From Felis catus (taxonomy: Eukaryota), in the NCBI RefSeq assembly GCF_018350175.1, contig NC_058368.1, positions 27,096,001-27,160,000 of the forward strand: DNA of 64,000 nt, in the 5' to 3' direction. Shown here piece by piece: positions 1-14,295 of the stretch; position 1 is the first letter of the stretch, and each line of letters opens with the position of its first letter. The notes under the pieces are model-generated. The model was not told the origin of the DNA, searched no databases, and saw only the letters and a list, made by a program, of their open reading frames with translations. The position numbers and the translations under genes were made by a program.

Positions 1-939
1 TACATAATTATAACTGTTTTACTTTGAAACACAGTGCAATTGGAGTATTTCTTCCTGTCCATATTCTACTTATATTTTTTATTTGCCTTGGACTGTGCAT
101 GATCATGGACACAAATATCCTGCATCTTTTAGTACAAACGCAGTGGTAGCATAAATGAAGACGTAGAATGCCAGCTCAAGTGGAGGAAGTTCAGACTCTG
201 GGCTCTATTAGACAGGAAAATGGATATTCCAATAAATAGGGTTGTTGAGGCTACAGCAAGTTATCTGCACAAAGCTGCAGGGTCAGCATTTTTTAGATGG
301 TATCAGGGATGAGTAGTTAATTAAGTAAAGGCCTCCAATCCCAGTGGAGTCTTGGGGAAATGAGGTCGATACTTTCTTCTCCTTGAACATGGGGCCAAAT
401 TGGTCTTTTGATTCTATTGTAGTCATCTCTTGGGTGCTTCTGCCCTAAGATCTGCTTCTATCCCTTTGAAAATCTTTTTTGTTGAGATGACCTTAGTGTT
501 AGTGACACCCATAGGCTAGATTTAATTGCTTTTCTAAAAATACCATCTTCCCCCCCAATAATTCCTTCAGTTCACAATTAATTAAAGCATAATGTGTTGG
601 AAACTTTCTTGTTTAAAGTCTACCTATTCTTTACCTTATTGACTTATTTATTTACCACAAATGGCCAATTCTAAATGGGTAGTATTTCTTTCAGCTTCCA
701 GCTCCTAGCTTTTCTTCTGATATTGATTAAATTTTGAGGTATTTAAAGCAAACAGACCTATAGAGGTAGATAAAACTCTGTGTGTGTGTGTGTCTCTGTG
801 TGTGTGTAGGCATGTTGTTATCCTTTTCTAAAAAAACTATAAGTAGAGGCAAGAACTTTTGAAATTGGAAGCTGAATTGCATAGTGATTATTAGCATATG
901 TAAATTTGGACAAGTTTGTAAGTAATTCTCTAATCTTTT

Positions 940-1065
940 TTGTTTACTCATCTGTAAAATTAGGAGAATAGTATCTAAATGGTCTAGTTGTGTATTAAAA
1001 ATTGAAAATCATTTAAAATAGTGCCTAGTACACAGTAAGTGCTCAACAATAAATATTATCATTGT
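940..1065 (+). mobile_element. MIR SINE 3' fragment
   Basis: ctcatctgtaaaat...gtgcctagtacacagtaagtgctcaacaataaatatt matches the MIR core and tail. Confidence 0.7.
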
Positions 1066-1975
1066 GATCATTATAATTCTGGTCATTTTTGTCTTGATTA
1101 TTTGTATTTTAGGGATTTGTCAACTTTTTAATTTGAGATACTTAAAAGGCACTTTTGTGCCTTAAGACTTCTTGTAAAAAATGTTCTATTACTGATAGTG
1201 TCTTTAATTTTGATTGAATTGATTTAAATCACACAATGGTCACAGGGACTCAAGGGCCTTGAGGGCGGGACTATGTTACGTCTTTATGTACATCATCTCT
1301 GGAATAGCACTGTATTCACAGCAGGTGCTCAACAAATTTGGACAATGATCTGGGTCTGGATTTAGTTCTTGTTTCTTACTAGCTTAGGGGTTACTGGGTT
1401 CACCTTTCTGGACTCAGGATCTCTGAGGTCCGAAAGCCAGATCTGGAGGCAGAAAGACTTGAGATATGAATTCCAGTTCTGCTGAGATCAAGTCCAAGGT
1501 ACCTGGGGTTTCCTGATCAAACATCCCACCAGGTCTCTATTCTTTCAATATTTGTTCAACAGTATTTAATGGAGGCACAGGGGAATGATTTTCAGTAATA
1601 AAAATACAATATATTAACAGATTCGCTGATTTGTTTATTTTCTCTGGCCCAGGCAGGATCAATGACCTGTAGGTAAAAATATTGAAAGGTGAAAGGTTTT
1701 CTGTTTTAGTTTTTCTTGATTTTACTTTAGACTGAGCATGTGTGTGTTTTCTAGATCAAATAAGTAATAGGCATATTAAATGATTTACATTTTAGATAAT
1801 AAAATATCTCACTTGCTTCAGTCAAAGAACACCACTCGTGCTGATTTGTCTCAGAATTTTAGCAGGCAGTGAGGGTGGGTTACTCCAAGATACACTGACA
1901 ATTTGGGGCAAGTTTTCTCTGGTGGGTGGGTGAGTGGGTGGAAACAAACGTTTTTCCTACTTGAGAGTGCTGTGA

Positions 1976-2180
1976 TTTTTTTTTTAAAGATTTATTTATC
2001 CATAATGAGAAAGAGCAGGGGAGGGGCAGAGAGAGAGGGATAGAAGGAGAATCCCAAGCAAGCTCTGTGCTAACAGCAAGGAGCCCCACAATATTGGGCT
2101 CATCCCAGGAGCCATGAGAGCATGACCTGAGCAGAGAGCAGGAGTTGGATGTTTAACCAACTAAGCCACACAGGAGCCCT
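1976..2180 (-). mobile_element. CAN-SINE (SINEC), older copy
   Basis: poly-T, (GA)n, tRNA-derived head ending ggagccc; TSD gagagtgctgt at 1963-1973 and 2182-2192. Confidence 0.9.
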
Positions 2181-2859
2181 GGAGAGTGCTGTTTTTATAT
2201 TTTGCTAGTTACATGGATTGCCTGATGAAATTTGAGTTGCTTGGTGCCTATTACTCCAGTAACATTTTAGCATTCCAAAGAAGTTGGCTCCTAGGGAATT
2301 GGCTTCCTGCCCTGAGGCTGATTTGCCTCTGGTCCTGCCACTTACCAACTGCTTGGTTTAGGGCAGTGTTTTTCACTTCTCTGAGCCTGGGTACCATCAT
2401 CCTTAAAGGGCAAGACAGTGAGAATGGAGGAAAAGAAGGCACACCAGCCAAGTTTCTTCTCTATGTTAAGCGCAAGCTTTCCTAGACCGCCTATACCCTT
2501 GCTTTCTCCCCTTTGGCCAGGACGGAATCACGTGACCACTGCTTGTGGAAGGGTAACCACTGCTTGCTGGAGAAGCAATTATTGCACTTCTCCGTTTATT
2601 TTAGCGGCTGTCACTGCCCCACATTTTCCTCTTTTTCAAGGAAAAAGGTGGGGGGCGGGTGTTGACTGGTGGTATTAGGCCATCATCAAACTGCTTCTGG
2701 GGATTTCTCTGCGTTAGAAGTACTGTGATGTTAAGCATCTAGCAGAACCTTGAGGTAGAAAAACATGGGGGAGATCGTGTATTTTCTCATGTACAGGAGT
2801 TTACAGATTGCTAGACACAATACAGTTTTTAAAATTTAGAGAAGAACATACGCTCAATG

Positions 2860-2942
2860 TAGATATCATTTGAAGATGTATCTCATTTCCAAAAACATTA
2901 AAATGTGAAAAAAGCATGCATTATGGAATTGAGGAGCTGTGG
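2860..2942 (-). mobile_element. MER104-like Tc2 DNA-transposon fragment
   Basis: aagatgtatctcatttccaaaaacattaaaatgtgaaaaaagcatgcattatggaattgagg resembles the remembered MER104 terminus. Confidence 0.45.
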
Positions 2943-3522
2943 AGGTAGATGGGATTAGGATGAACCTGAAAATTTAATTCATTTTCCTTAGAAATATGAC
3001 ATTTTTAAGTAGTGAATAACATAATGCATGGATTCAACTATTCAGAGATAAAAATGGATACTCTTTGTAGAGAATATATATGCCGCTTTGAGTGTAATAA
3101 TTTTTGGAAAGTATTTTAAGAAGAATTTTGCAAGACTGCCAAAATATGTTATAATTTTATGTTTATATATTTTATAATTATATCAAAAATAACAATAAAA
3201 AATTTTTCCTTATTCAAAACAGCATTGAAGAATTTCTAAGTCGCTTATAGATGTAAAAGGCATTTTAAAAAACATAAAAACAAAAACCATGCTGGATTAG
3301 ATTCCTAATCTACCATAGGATATATTATGGGAGGGTACTGTTATTAACCACAGTGGTCAACGCTTGCTCCTAACTCAGACTGTCTGGATCAACGCAGTTT
3401 GTTTTTGGTTTAATTAAGAGATCAGTGAATGAGTATGAAAGGAAGGAATCAAGTATTGGTGATCTAAGACTAATACCAATCTATCTTCAACGTAACTCTT
3501 TTTAAGAAAATATTGGCTTATA

Positions 3523-3705
3523 GGGACGCCTAGGTGTCTCAGTTGGTTTAGCATCCAACTCTTGATTTCGGCTCAGGTCATGATCTCGTGGCTCATGGAT
3601 TCGAGCACTGCTTCGTGCAGAGAATGCTGAGCCCGCTTGGGATTCTCTCTCTACCCTACTGTCTCTCCCTCCCCAAGATAAAATAAATAAACTTAAAAAA
3701 AAATA
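3523..3705 (+). mobile_element. CAN-SINE
   Basis: gggacgcctaggtgtctcagttggtt head, CT-rich linker, aataaa/A tail; TSD aagaaaatattgg. Confidence 0.9.
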
Positions 3706-6700
3706 AAGAAAATATTGGGTTCTTAACAATTGTATACAATAGCCAGTTTGTTCTCTGTAACTAATTTTACCTAATTTCTCAAATCTTTTCCCTTTGTGCA
3801 AGAGTTTGTGTATGACAGTTTTTGTGGTGAATGTGTTGATTTTCATGCCAACCCTGTGCTGTCTATAGTTCTAAAGAGGTACCAATATTCCTAAATAAAG
3901 CGAAAAATCCAAATGTGTAGATAGTTGTATTCTGAACTGGAAGCCTTAATGAGTTAATAATGCAATGCTAGCCATCAGTGGTTTTAAAATCCAATATTCA
4001 GATCTGTTGCACATAAAATACATAGCGTTCTTTATTCTTTAGTTTTTTTTTAATGGTTTGAATGTATATGGCCTGTATACCCCCCACCCCCCCACGTAGT
4101 TTTCACATATAAAATATGTGAAAGCATATTTTTTTCATATAAAAATATATTTTAACAGATTGTGAAACTTGGAGCATAAAATACGTAACTTTTAGATTCA
4201 GCTAAGCAATAATGCTGGGAGACATATGGGTCAAAACAAATAGCCATTTGCACAACACAGATTTAAACTTCTTTGGTTAGGTTGGCAAAGAAGTTTGTTA
4301 GGTTAGAAATCAGTTCCTCCAGTTATAGTCTTTGCTAAAAGGCGGTGGATTTGAAGAAACCTTCTCTGAATTAGGGGGTCAAATATTACAGTTTTCTGAA
4401 AAAAGACCCCAGACACTTAAGATGATAGTGTGAGTTAATTCTGTTTCCCTGGGTGAGGTCTCACTGTGAGAACACAATGCACCACTTTGGCTGAGACGCT
4501 GTTTCCAATAAATATGGAAATTATGGCTTCCAGTGCTGTGGCCTGGTATGAAATCTCATGGGAAATAACTTGAAACTATGTGACAGGTTTAAAACTAATT
4601 CCTACCCCCCTCTCTGAAGTAACCAACCTGTATTTACAAGATGTACCATTATTTCGTGGCCATCCAGAAAGATGAGCAAATGCAGTGCTGTTTTGTAGAA
4701 TGAAACCGTGGGGATAAAAATCTCCTAGTCCATATATATCCTTGTTAGTGCATGGCTTGAATCAAGGAGGCTCTGATTTCGTGGCCTGTACTTCTGTAAA
4801 TCCAAGAGTTGCTCTTTGACCCTTCTTCCTGTTCTTTCTTGGGCTTTCTCTAATGACTCTCAGCAGAGAATTATGATTGGGGTTTTTCCCTTTGCCAGAT
4901 GAGGATGGTTTTGTCATGACGGGTTTCAGACTACACCCGCATCCTCAACCTCGTGAGATCCTGGCTGGACAAAGGTGAAATGTGCCTGCCATTTTCAGAT
5001 CTATTTCTTGAGGAAGCATTAGAGAGACTTATTATGCTGTAAATAGAGGGGGAGGCTGTTATCAAGAGTGGGGAGAAACAGGACATCAAGAGTGTCTTTG
5101 GACATCTATGTAGATAAAGCAGAGACCCTCAGTGAGTATTCGTTAGTGCTGTTCTTAAATGACTCAAATTCAAATGTGGCAACTCGAATTCAAATGTGGC
5201 CCAGTAAAGTCAGAAGAACCTAACCTATACATGCTCTGAAACTGCCTCCTGCTTTCTTGGTGTCTGAGACTAGGAAGGGCTATGGGTGGGGCTGGCCCCT
5301 CCTGCATGTTTGTGGCCAGTGGAGCTTCAGGGCAAAGGCTTGTGGATGTGCTGTTGATTTTCTTTTTCTCCTTTAGGGACCGGTATTTCTGAGCATCCTC
5401 CTTAACTTCCTGTGTCGCCTGTGGTAGATTGTTCTCTTTAAATCGGGCTACCGCAGTTGAAAGAGACATAAGAGATTAACCCTGCTTTTTGTTCATTTCT
5501 AACCAAAGGGAGAGGAACTTTGTGAGGATTTAGTAGATTAATAAAAATGAATACTTGTGTGCAATATCTTGAGCTCTTGGGAAGTTGGTTCTGAATAAAT
5601 TTAAGGTCTGAGTGTCGTGCCGATGTTGGGATTCCATGAACAATGAGGGGCTATGAGATGAGTACACTGGGCTTTATGAAGTAGTGTTCCCAACAGCTTA
5701 TGCTGTTCTCCACAAAATTAGATCCATATAATAGTTCCCCCTCTCGCGCCCCTTGCTTTCCAGTCTTCCCCCTCTGGTGCCACGACCGTGGTGAAATAAT
5801 GACTGAGTTAGGCCTGGGAAATTCTTCATGTAGCCATTCAGGGCACTGCTGGCCTGGGAGAGGCTCCTGAATGTCAGGTCTTCCCTTGCATTTCAAGTAG
5901 CATTGACCCGAGGGCAGTCTTCCCTGGAGACCTGGGGGAAACCCACACTAGGAAACTTGGGTCTGGCAGAGAAGTCTTTCTGATTGGGTTGCACTGGCCA
6001 CCTATTGTGGGGGCCTATTGCTGCAATTCATAGGGGGACGGGATGCTTTGTGCGCCCATCTGTCATACCCAGACAACCCCCACATTCTGCATGCATCTAA
6101 GACCAACCTCTCTCCTTTCTGCCCCCATATGAGAGCCAGCACGGTTTAGTTGCTCAGCAATACCATAGTTGTGCCTGGCCAGCCAAGGGGAGACAGGACT
6201 GATGGCCCCAAACTGTGGGGCAAAGCCAGTCCTGATATAGCAGCTGTTGTCCCAGGGACAGCTGACCGGGGCACCGAAGAGTGAGAGAAAATTGCACGTC
6301 GCGAGGATTAACACGATTTATTTCATTATTAGTCTTGCAGGGTTGTGGTGTGCTTGTTACTAAGTCTACTTTTCAAAGGACTTCAGCGAAGGAAGCTGGA
6401 ATGTTCCGAACATCCATTTTGGAGTGTGATTATTTCCTTTCAATTTGTTGAGTAAGTAGGAATGTCACAATGTAGGCTAATTTTCACCAAGAGAATATTT
6501 GTAATAGGCGCCTCATACTAAACATTCATTGGCTTCAATGAGAGTTTCTGAGGTGGCCATGGAGACTGTTGGGAGGAGAAAACTGAAGTCCTGGAGGGTT
6601 AAGTGATGATGCTCAGAGTTAGACAGTGCATTACACTGGGGCCTGGACGGACTGCAGCAGCCTGGTAGCCTGAGCTGCTGGCCTGTCTGCTCTTCCGTAG

Positions 6701-7289
6701 TCTTCTTTCCACAATTCCACGAAGCAGTTGTCAGTCACAGACTTTAAATGCAAAATTTCTCCTTTGAGAAGATTCTATCATTTGAAATGGGATGTGATGT
6801 TATGCTACTATCAACAAAAGAAACTTTTATAGTGTTTGCTCTGTGTCACTCTGACTTGCATGACCCTGGGTATGGTTCCCGGTTCCCAGGATTCAGTGTC
6901 AGCTCATTAGATATTAACCCTTCTGATTCCTCTTGGTAACAGCAAACCATCTGTGCCTGACTTCCTAAATTTCAGGCAGCTTGCGTGTGTTCTGGATCAG
7001 AACTCTCTTCTTAGTCAATCATTTGGTTCCTTTCATAGGAATGAACCCCTGCTTAACTCCACTGGCTGCCCTGGTGGCTGTGCTGGGGCTATGCTAGCCC
7101 ATAGTGCAGACCCGTGACAGTGCCTTTTAGCGTCCCCATCGACAGATAAATGTCTGCTGACCATTGCTGGGGGCTTCCAAGGACTACCCACTGTCCTGGG
7201 TCCTGAACCCCCTAGTTTCCTTTTTGCCCCGAATGGAGGTCAGAGTGAACATTAGGCTTTGCCTACGGCAGCACGCACACAGACACACG

Positions 7290-7336
7290 CATACACACAC
7301 ACACACACACACATACACACACACACACACACACAC
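7290..7336. repeat. (CA)n microsatellite, interrupted
   Basis: seen directly. Confidence 0.95.
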
Positions 7337-8362
7337 TGGTTCCCACTGCAAGTCTAGTGCAAAGTTCCCTCCTTTGCTGCCTTATCTTGCTCTGAGTAGC
7401 TGACAAGATCAAACAAAACCCTGAGATATATCAGACTTCACTGATACTGGATAATTTTAAACACCCACTTCTCACATGTAGAAATTTTAGGAAGTATATG
7501 AACAGAACATGTATTTCTACATTTAAAGTAAAAAGTGGAAGATACCCTTCTGGCACATTTATCTCTGTCAAAAGACCAAAACAAAACAAAACATATATTC
7601 CATCTTTTTATATTACAGTTTTTCCTATGTTTTTTTCTTACTGGGGACATCACTGTAAGCCAGGTTGTTAATTCAATTGCGACTTTGTTTTTTTATAGTG
7701 GCCATTTGTTCAAACAAAGAAACGCTTATCGGTGGAAATGATAACTGTGATAAATTGCCTCAGCTTTCATGCTTACCTACTATTTTCTGATGGCACTAAA
7801 TTCCAGTTTTAAGTCTGGAAAAAATTAAGCTGAATGTCTTTTCCAGGAGAGATTCCATTTCCTACGGATAATTTATAGAGGTTTTTTTTTTTTCTCTTGC
7901 ACCCCCTCTTGGATTCTGTCGTTTTCACCACTTTGCAGGTATTAATCCCCTATTTATGCCCCACTGTCCACCTTTATTTCCACTCAGATTTCAGCCTCTT
8001 TGTGCCCCTTAATTCTTCCACTCATTCCTTTTTCTCCCCTTGCTTCTGATCTTGAGAGCAGCTACCACAATCCTTCCCCTGTTCTTCCGTACCCACAGGC
8101 AATAAATGTGTATTTGGTCCTTGCAAGAATTAATACCCCAGAGAGCCACCAAGCTTGATTAGTAAGTGGCAGATACACTCACCCTAGTGCAGAAAAGTGC
8201 TCTTGTGCTTATGTTTGTATACATACACCTTCTGTATTTATGGCCTCTTTTGTCCTCTAGGGTTGTTATTCTGTGTTTTGGGCTTTACTTTTATTTACAA
8301 AGTAATATGTTTATAGTATCATCTGGCTGATAGGCCCTGAAGTAGCCTCTCCCAACTTTCCG

Positions 8363-8592
8363 TTTATTTATTTACTTTTTAATTTTTTAATGTTTATTTT
8401 TGAGAGACAGAGAGACAACGAGAAGGCGAGTGGGGGAGGGGCAGAGAGGGAGGGAGACACAGAATCTGAAGCAGGCTCCAGGCTCTGAGCTGTCAGCACA
8501 GAGCCCGACATGGGGCTCAAACTCATGGACCACAAGATCATGACCTGAGCTGAAGTCGGACATTTAACCAGTTGAGCCACCCAGGCGCCCCC
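8363..8592 (-). mobile_element. CAN-SINE (SINEC_Fc type)
   Basis: full-length antisense copy ending ccacccaggcgcccc; TSD caactttcc. Confidence 0.95.
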
Positions 8593-9448
8593 ATCAACTT
8601 TCCATTTAAGTACCCATCGTGACACAGAAAAATATAAAAACAAAATACCAGTGGAAAAAAAAGACTGATAGCCTTTTGCAGGTTTCCTAGAGGAATTTCC
8701 ACTGATTATAAGGCTGAGGGAGCTGCATTGAGAATAAAAACCATTGGCCAGTATTGGGTCTGTCTCCTGTAGGTCATGGCTTTCTGACATGTACAAAATA
8801 ACCGAAACACATCTTCTCGTCTACATGAATTTTTTCCTATCTTCGTAGACTACACTTCCTTGTTTAGCGGTGGTGCTGTAGAGAAACAGTAAAATCCATC
8901 CCCGGTGGTAAAGTCCCCTCCCTGCTCTAACACACTGTCAAGACTATGTAGGTGAAGGCAGAAAGAGCTCATCTAGCATTGAGTGCCTGGATTGTGGCTT
9001 TTTGGGTACTATTTGTTTGATGGGGCTTTGGGGTAGAGAACTATGCAATGATAGGGTGAAAAAAAATCTCACCTCAGTTACTTAGGGTAGTCTGCAATGA
9101 ATGCTAATTAAATACCCAAGGTGTCCAGAGCAACTTGTACCAGAGCAGAGGAACCATAGAGGGTTCAGAAAGTACCACCCAAGGGGCATCACCAACCTGG
9201 AGTTACATGTATTTATCTGTTGGCCAACTCCAAGTAGGGTTAACTTTCTCCCAGTTCAAGAGTGAACAAACACAAAGACTACCCAAAAGGTTAGGTGATA
9301 TTAATAAAAAGAGAAGGTAATATTAATAATGAATATGTGTTACTTTAAAATTTTTTTCTGTAAAATACACAAGTTGTACATGAACAGAAGCATGCAATAG
9401 ATACCTAAAATAATATAGAAATACTTAGGTTAAAAATTACAATCTCTT

Positions 9449-9634
9449 GGGGAGCCTTGGCAGCTCAGTTGGTTCAAGTGTTGGACTCTTGACTTCAGCT
9501 CAGGTCATGATCTCATGGTTGTGAGATCGAGGGCTGGCAGTGCAGAGCCTGCCTGGAATTCTATCTGCCCCTTCCCCACTCGTGTGCACCAGTACTCTCT
9601 ATCCCTCTCTCAAAATAAATAAAGAAACATTAAA
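9449..9634 (+). mobile_element. CAN-SINE
   Basis: ggggagccttggcagctcagttggtt head; TSD aaaaatta(c/t)aatc(t/c)ctt. Confidence 0.9.
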
Positions 9635-9639
9635 AAAAA

Positions 9640-10300
9640 TTATAATCCCTTTTTACACCCTAACCTCACCTACCTCCCTAGAAGTAAATATGATTGCTCT
9701 TTTAGTGTCTGTCTGACTAAATACTCTTTATACATATACATACTACCCATCTACCTACACACACAAAGACAGAGATTTTAAAATATAAGTAGCTTTATGT
9801 TGGTCATATTGCTCTGAAACTTTTTTTTTTATTTAATAATATATCTCAGAGATTTTGTTCCGTTTTATTACATGTAGGTATACTTTGTTCTTTTTAATAG
9901 CTATGCAACATTCCATTGTATGCTTACTCCATAGTTGACTTTACCATTCACCTATCGTAACTGGACTTTTATGTGGATTCCATTAGGGGATTATTGCAAG
10001 CGATGGCACAATGACCTGCCTTGTGTATTTGTGTACACATGTGTAAGACTGTCTATGGGACAAGTTCCTAGAAGGGGAATTGTTGGATCGAGGAGTATGC
10101 ACATATTGCATTTTGATAGACACAAATTTCCTCTAAAAAGCTACCAATTTCCTTTTTCATTGACGGTCTATGAAAATGCTCATTTTTCCCATATTTACAC
10201 TAGCACTGGACATTATCAGACTTCAAAATCTGTATCTACTCGTTATGCTATGGCTCGTAGTAAAGTCGAATGCCTTTTTATGTGTATACCAGTATAGACA
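9640..10300 (-). mobile_element. ancient L1 (L1ME-like) 3' fragment
   Basis: antisense L1 3' motifs (attccattgtatg, cctagaaggggaattgttggatc, ctagcactggacattatc). Confidence 0.7.
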
Positions 10301-10319
10301 TCTTTAATAATCACAAAAT

Positions 10320-11010
10320 TTAAATCTTATGTTTAAAATATAAGCAGATTTTCTTTTGAAACTTGAATTATTGATCCTAAAATTCATTTAGAAGAATAAA
10401 TGGGTGAACTAGTTAAAATTTTGAGGGGAAAAAAAATCAATGGCACCAGAGGACAGAATATTCAGGGTACTCAATTCTCTTGCAGGAAACAGTCTAAGAA
10501 TCCACAAACAGTACAGTGGCACCCTAGAAGGTCTGTAAAATACCCTATATATGAAATAATTTAGTATATGATAAAATGGCAGCTAAATCATGATGAATCA
10601 AACTATTTCTCAAAATGATGAATCAAACTATTTCTCAAAAATATCTTATTGTTCAAAATCATAATAAAATAGTAAAATCACAATAAAACTAGAAGAATAA
10701 AATATACCTTAATATACATGTGATTTTGGACTCGGGAATGTATACTAACTATAAGAAAGAAAAAAATGCTAAAGTAAGAGATACATTAACATACTAAATT
10801 TAAACATCTCTGAATGGTTAAAAAAAAGGGGGGGGGGAAGAAATGCACCAGGTACAAAATCAAATGGCCCTGAAAAGTGGGAAAAATATTTGGAACAAAT
10901 ATGACAGACATAGGGTTAATAGCATCAATATTTAAAGGTATTTCTCAAATCTATAAGAAAAAAAAACCCTAACTCCTCAATAGAAAAAATGAGCAAAGAG
11001 CATGAATAAA
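10320..11010 (+). mobile_element. ancient L1 ORF2 3' fragment
   Basis: A-rich; atcctaaaattcatttagaagaataaa, gggaaaaatatttggaacaaatatgacagac, tcaatagaaaaaatgagcaaaga. Confidence 0.65.
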
Positions 11011-11869
11011 TAAAATGTAAATCGTTCCCTGCTAGGGCTCCTCCAAGAAGAGCAAACAACTGGTGGAAATTGGGTGTTTCGAAGTTAGTTGACAGATGAG
11101 AGTTCCTTTTGTGTAAAGATAGCGATATTTGTGTTGGCAGCAATAGAAAACATTCTTACTTTAAGGAATGAAATATTATAAAGTAGCATATGACAAGCCA
11201 CATTTTTACAATTAAATAACTCACACGATTTATTAAGGAAAAGAAAGCAGCTTCGAAAGTGCCTCATTGAAAGCACAACGTGATCAGAGATACACCAGTA
11301 TAGTCACATAGTGTGGTGAAACTATAGAGTTCCTAAATTTTATCTTCCCTCCCCCCCAAAAAAGAAAATAAACAATAAAAGCCTACTTATGTGTAGTTAC
11401 TGTGTTCCCAATTTTGTTTTAAAGATGCTATTTCCTTATAGCATGGGAACTCTTTCCTTTCTCCTGAAATAAATTAGTGGATAGGACTTCCGGCAGAAAA
11501 TGTCGCACCTTTCTGCTGATTCACACTGTCATCTGATCCTTATTACTCCAGCGGTGGAAAGAGGCAGGACTGCAAACACGAGAAGGCACACATTTATGAC
11601 TCAGTTTCCCTGGTTCCTAGCAGCTTTCCTAAGGAGCAGCGCAGGCAAATCTTTTTGCAAGCAGGAGGAGCCCCAGGCTTGCCTGGTCACACTGCTGCAC
11701 AGGAAATAAGTACTTGAAAGGGAACCCCAACAGTGTCTTGCTATAAGGATGCAGAATTTGCAATCTCTTCTCAGTGCTGTGGCCAGGAGCGAACAGCTTG
11801 TTCTTGACCCACAGCAGTGTTTCCTGCTCTAGGAGGGAAGTTTGTGCTGCAGCAGCCACAGTCCAATAA

Positions 11870-12310
11870 TCCAAATTCCAGCAGTCTATCCTAAGAAAAG
11901 AAAATAAATCAAAGATTTATGTAAAATAATATACCTTGCAGCATTATTAAAAACAGCAAAACTGTAGAAGCTTACCCTCACATAGAAGAATGTTTAAATA
12001 AATTATGATGCCGTCATGAAGGTAGAATATTATTACAGCCATTAAGGACTCATGTTTTTAAAGACCATTTAACCAAATGGGAAAACACATTATTATGTTA
12101 AGTGAATAAAGCAGGGTTCACATGGTATTTATAGTATGAGCGAGCCCATTTTATAGAAAGAAGAAAAAAGTGCATAGGAAGAAACTAGAGTGGAATATTC
12201 CAAAGAAAACTTAACAGTCATAGCTAAATAGTATTATGTGGAGTTACATTTTTATGCATTTCTTTTTTCTGCTCAAAATACTTTACCGTGAGCAAATATT
12301 TTATCAGAAG
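11870..12310 (+). mobile_element. ancient L1 (L1ME-like) 3' end fragment
   Basis: gcagcattatt...gaatattattacagccattaa...atgttaagtgaataaagcag. Confidence 0.6.
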
Positions 12311-14295
12311 TTTGTGTATGTACACACACACCTACCTTCGTATACTACATTGAGGTACATAAAGAGTTAATTTTTTTATTTTGTGTTTGTGTGTTTCTTT
12401 GTAGAGAAAAACAGGAGCTTCAGCTTTTGAATTAAAAAAAAAAAGCAAAATGCATTTGGCGGACAATGTATTGATGGCAATAAGCTTTAACTGAGTGAAG
12501 GTGCTTTAATTGTATTCCTGTTTTAAATGATAAAGCTTCCACACGGTATTGCCGCCTTCTTCATCTTGGAATATACTGTTCATACTAGTGTTGAAAGTAG
12601 CGTTTAAGGACTTACAAGACACAAAAGTCTGGAAAACGGAGAGGTGGTATAATCAAGTGTAAGGGCTAAACGAGTGACACTGGATACTCCTCCAACAAAA
12701 CTGCCGTTGTCCGTCCCTAGTTTTCTTACTGGTACCTTCTGCCTCTGAAAATAAGGTATTTATAAAAGGTATACACCTGAGGCGTCTCTGAAAGACAGCA
12801 GTTTGCATACACATACTCTTAAAATGCTGATAAAAATGGACAATGAGAAGCATACATAGAGGGTGGGAGAGAACGGAGAGACAAAAGAATTATCCCAATA
12901 AAATACCACAAGCGTCAAGGAAGTTTTGTCAAATATAGCCTGATTTCAAATAAATTAAAATGAGATACGAGAAATTGGAATAAAATTTCCCTCCTCACGA
13001 CTCTCTGCGGTGTTCTCTTTTTTCCTGTAGGTGGAATAGGCTTAGAAAAGGTTCACTAACAGTCTTCAAGTCAGGTGAACGGTGCTGAGTAGGAGGCAGG
13101 CAAATGAAAGAAGGAGAACATCTGTGGAAAGCTTACTTCTGAATGGCAGTCCCTACGTCCTTTCCACCCATAAAGAAGAATTTCCTACCAGAAATGCTTA
13201 AGTTGACTCTAAAATGGCAGGCGTGAAGCCCCTATAACCTGGACAAATTAGATGTGAGGGCAAAGACAGATAGATGACAGAGCAATTTCTACCATGAAGA
13301 CCAATAGCAGAAAACAAGACCAACTCTATGGAAATGTAAATCGGTACATCTATAGAAGGCAATTAGATAATCACCAATGACAATCTAAACTAAAAATGTA
13401 GACTTCTGGGTATTGGAGTAGAAGTACTTTCTCCTGTTCCTCTCATCAAGTTCAACTGAAAACCATGGACGTTATACATAGAATAAACACAAGGTTCTGA
13501 AAGGTGGAGACAAGAAGAAAGACTGGTTGAGGACATCAGGACCAGAGGAATGATCCAGTGGGGAGTTCTCTAAATTTTCTTCTGGCTTCATGTATCCGAG
13601 ACTGAGCAATTAAGAGGCCAGCAACACGGGATGCCAATGGCTACAAACAAAAAAAGAAATCCCAAGGAAGTCTACTCTTTTTATCCAGAAAGATAGGAAA
13701 GGAATAGCCAGTAAAATAGAACACTTTTACTCAGTAACCTCTTTACTCCACCAAACATCATAGAAAAACAAAACAAGACAAAACAAAAAAACTAGCCCCA
13801 CCACCACCCATGCCAGGAAACGCAGAGTGGGGAACCTAGACTTTTATCCACTACAGACTATAACAATACTCCTAGGGAAGTGAAGTCAGAAACCAAAAAA
13901 GGAGCCTGGACTTTCAGCCCCACTGGCCAGTAATAAGTTGCTCCTTTTTCCCATTGCAGTGTCAGTGGAGATCACTTGGGGAATCTAGACTTCCATCTCC
14001 ACCTGGAAAAAAAGTTAGGCATCCCTCCGTCTTCCTGCTTGGATTGTGACAGAAGAGGCCTTGCAGAGACTCACCGTTGCCCAGTGGGAATGAAGCTACT
14101 AACCCCAGCTCAGTGTCTTAGGAGACCTTATTCAGAGACAGAACCCATAACTGTAACCAGCAATAATGAGAAACTCCCATTTGGGTGTCAATGGAGCAAT
14201 ACTGAGGTATTATCCTCCTTTCCCCTCTGAGATCAGTGTCAGAGAAGGTCATTTAAAATAGAAGGTTTAAATAAGATCCAGATATTAGCAGACCT

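Noticed and set aside
4101..4123. 10-bp perfect hairpin tttcacatat-aaa-atatgtgaaa
   Set aside because: Short and AT-rich; plausible by chance in 64 kb and too small for a pre-miRNA.
4899..5131. Exon-like region with AG/GT signals (DYTRILNLVRSWLDK)
   Set aside because: The longer versions have stops in all frames; the short open version has a weak acceptor and donor and an unrecognised peptide.
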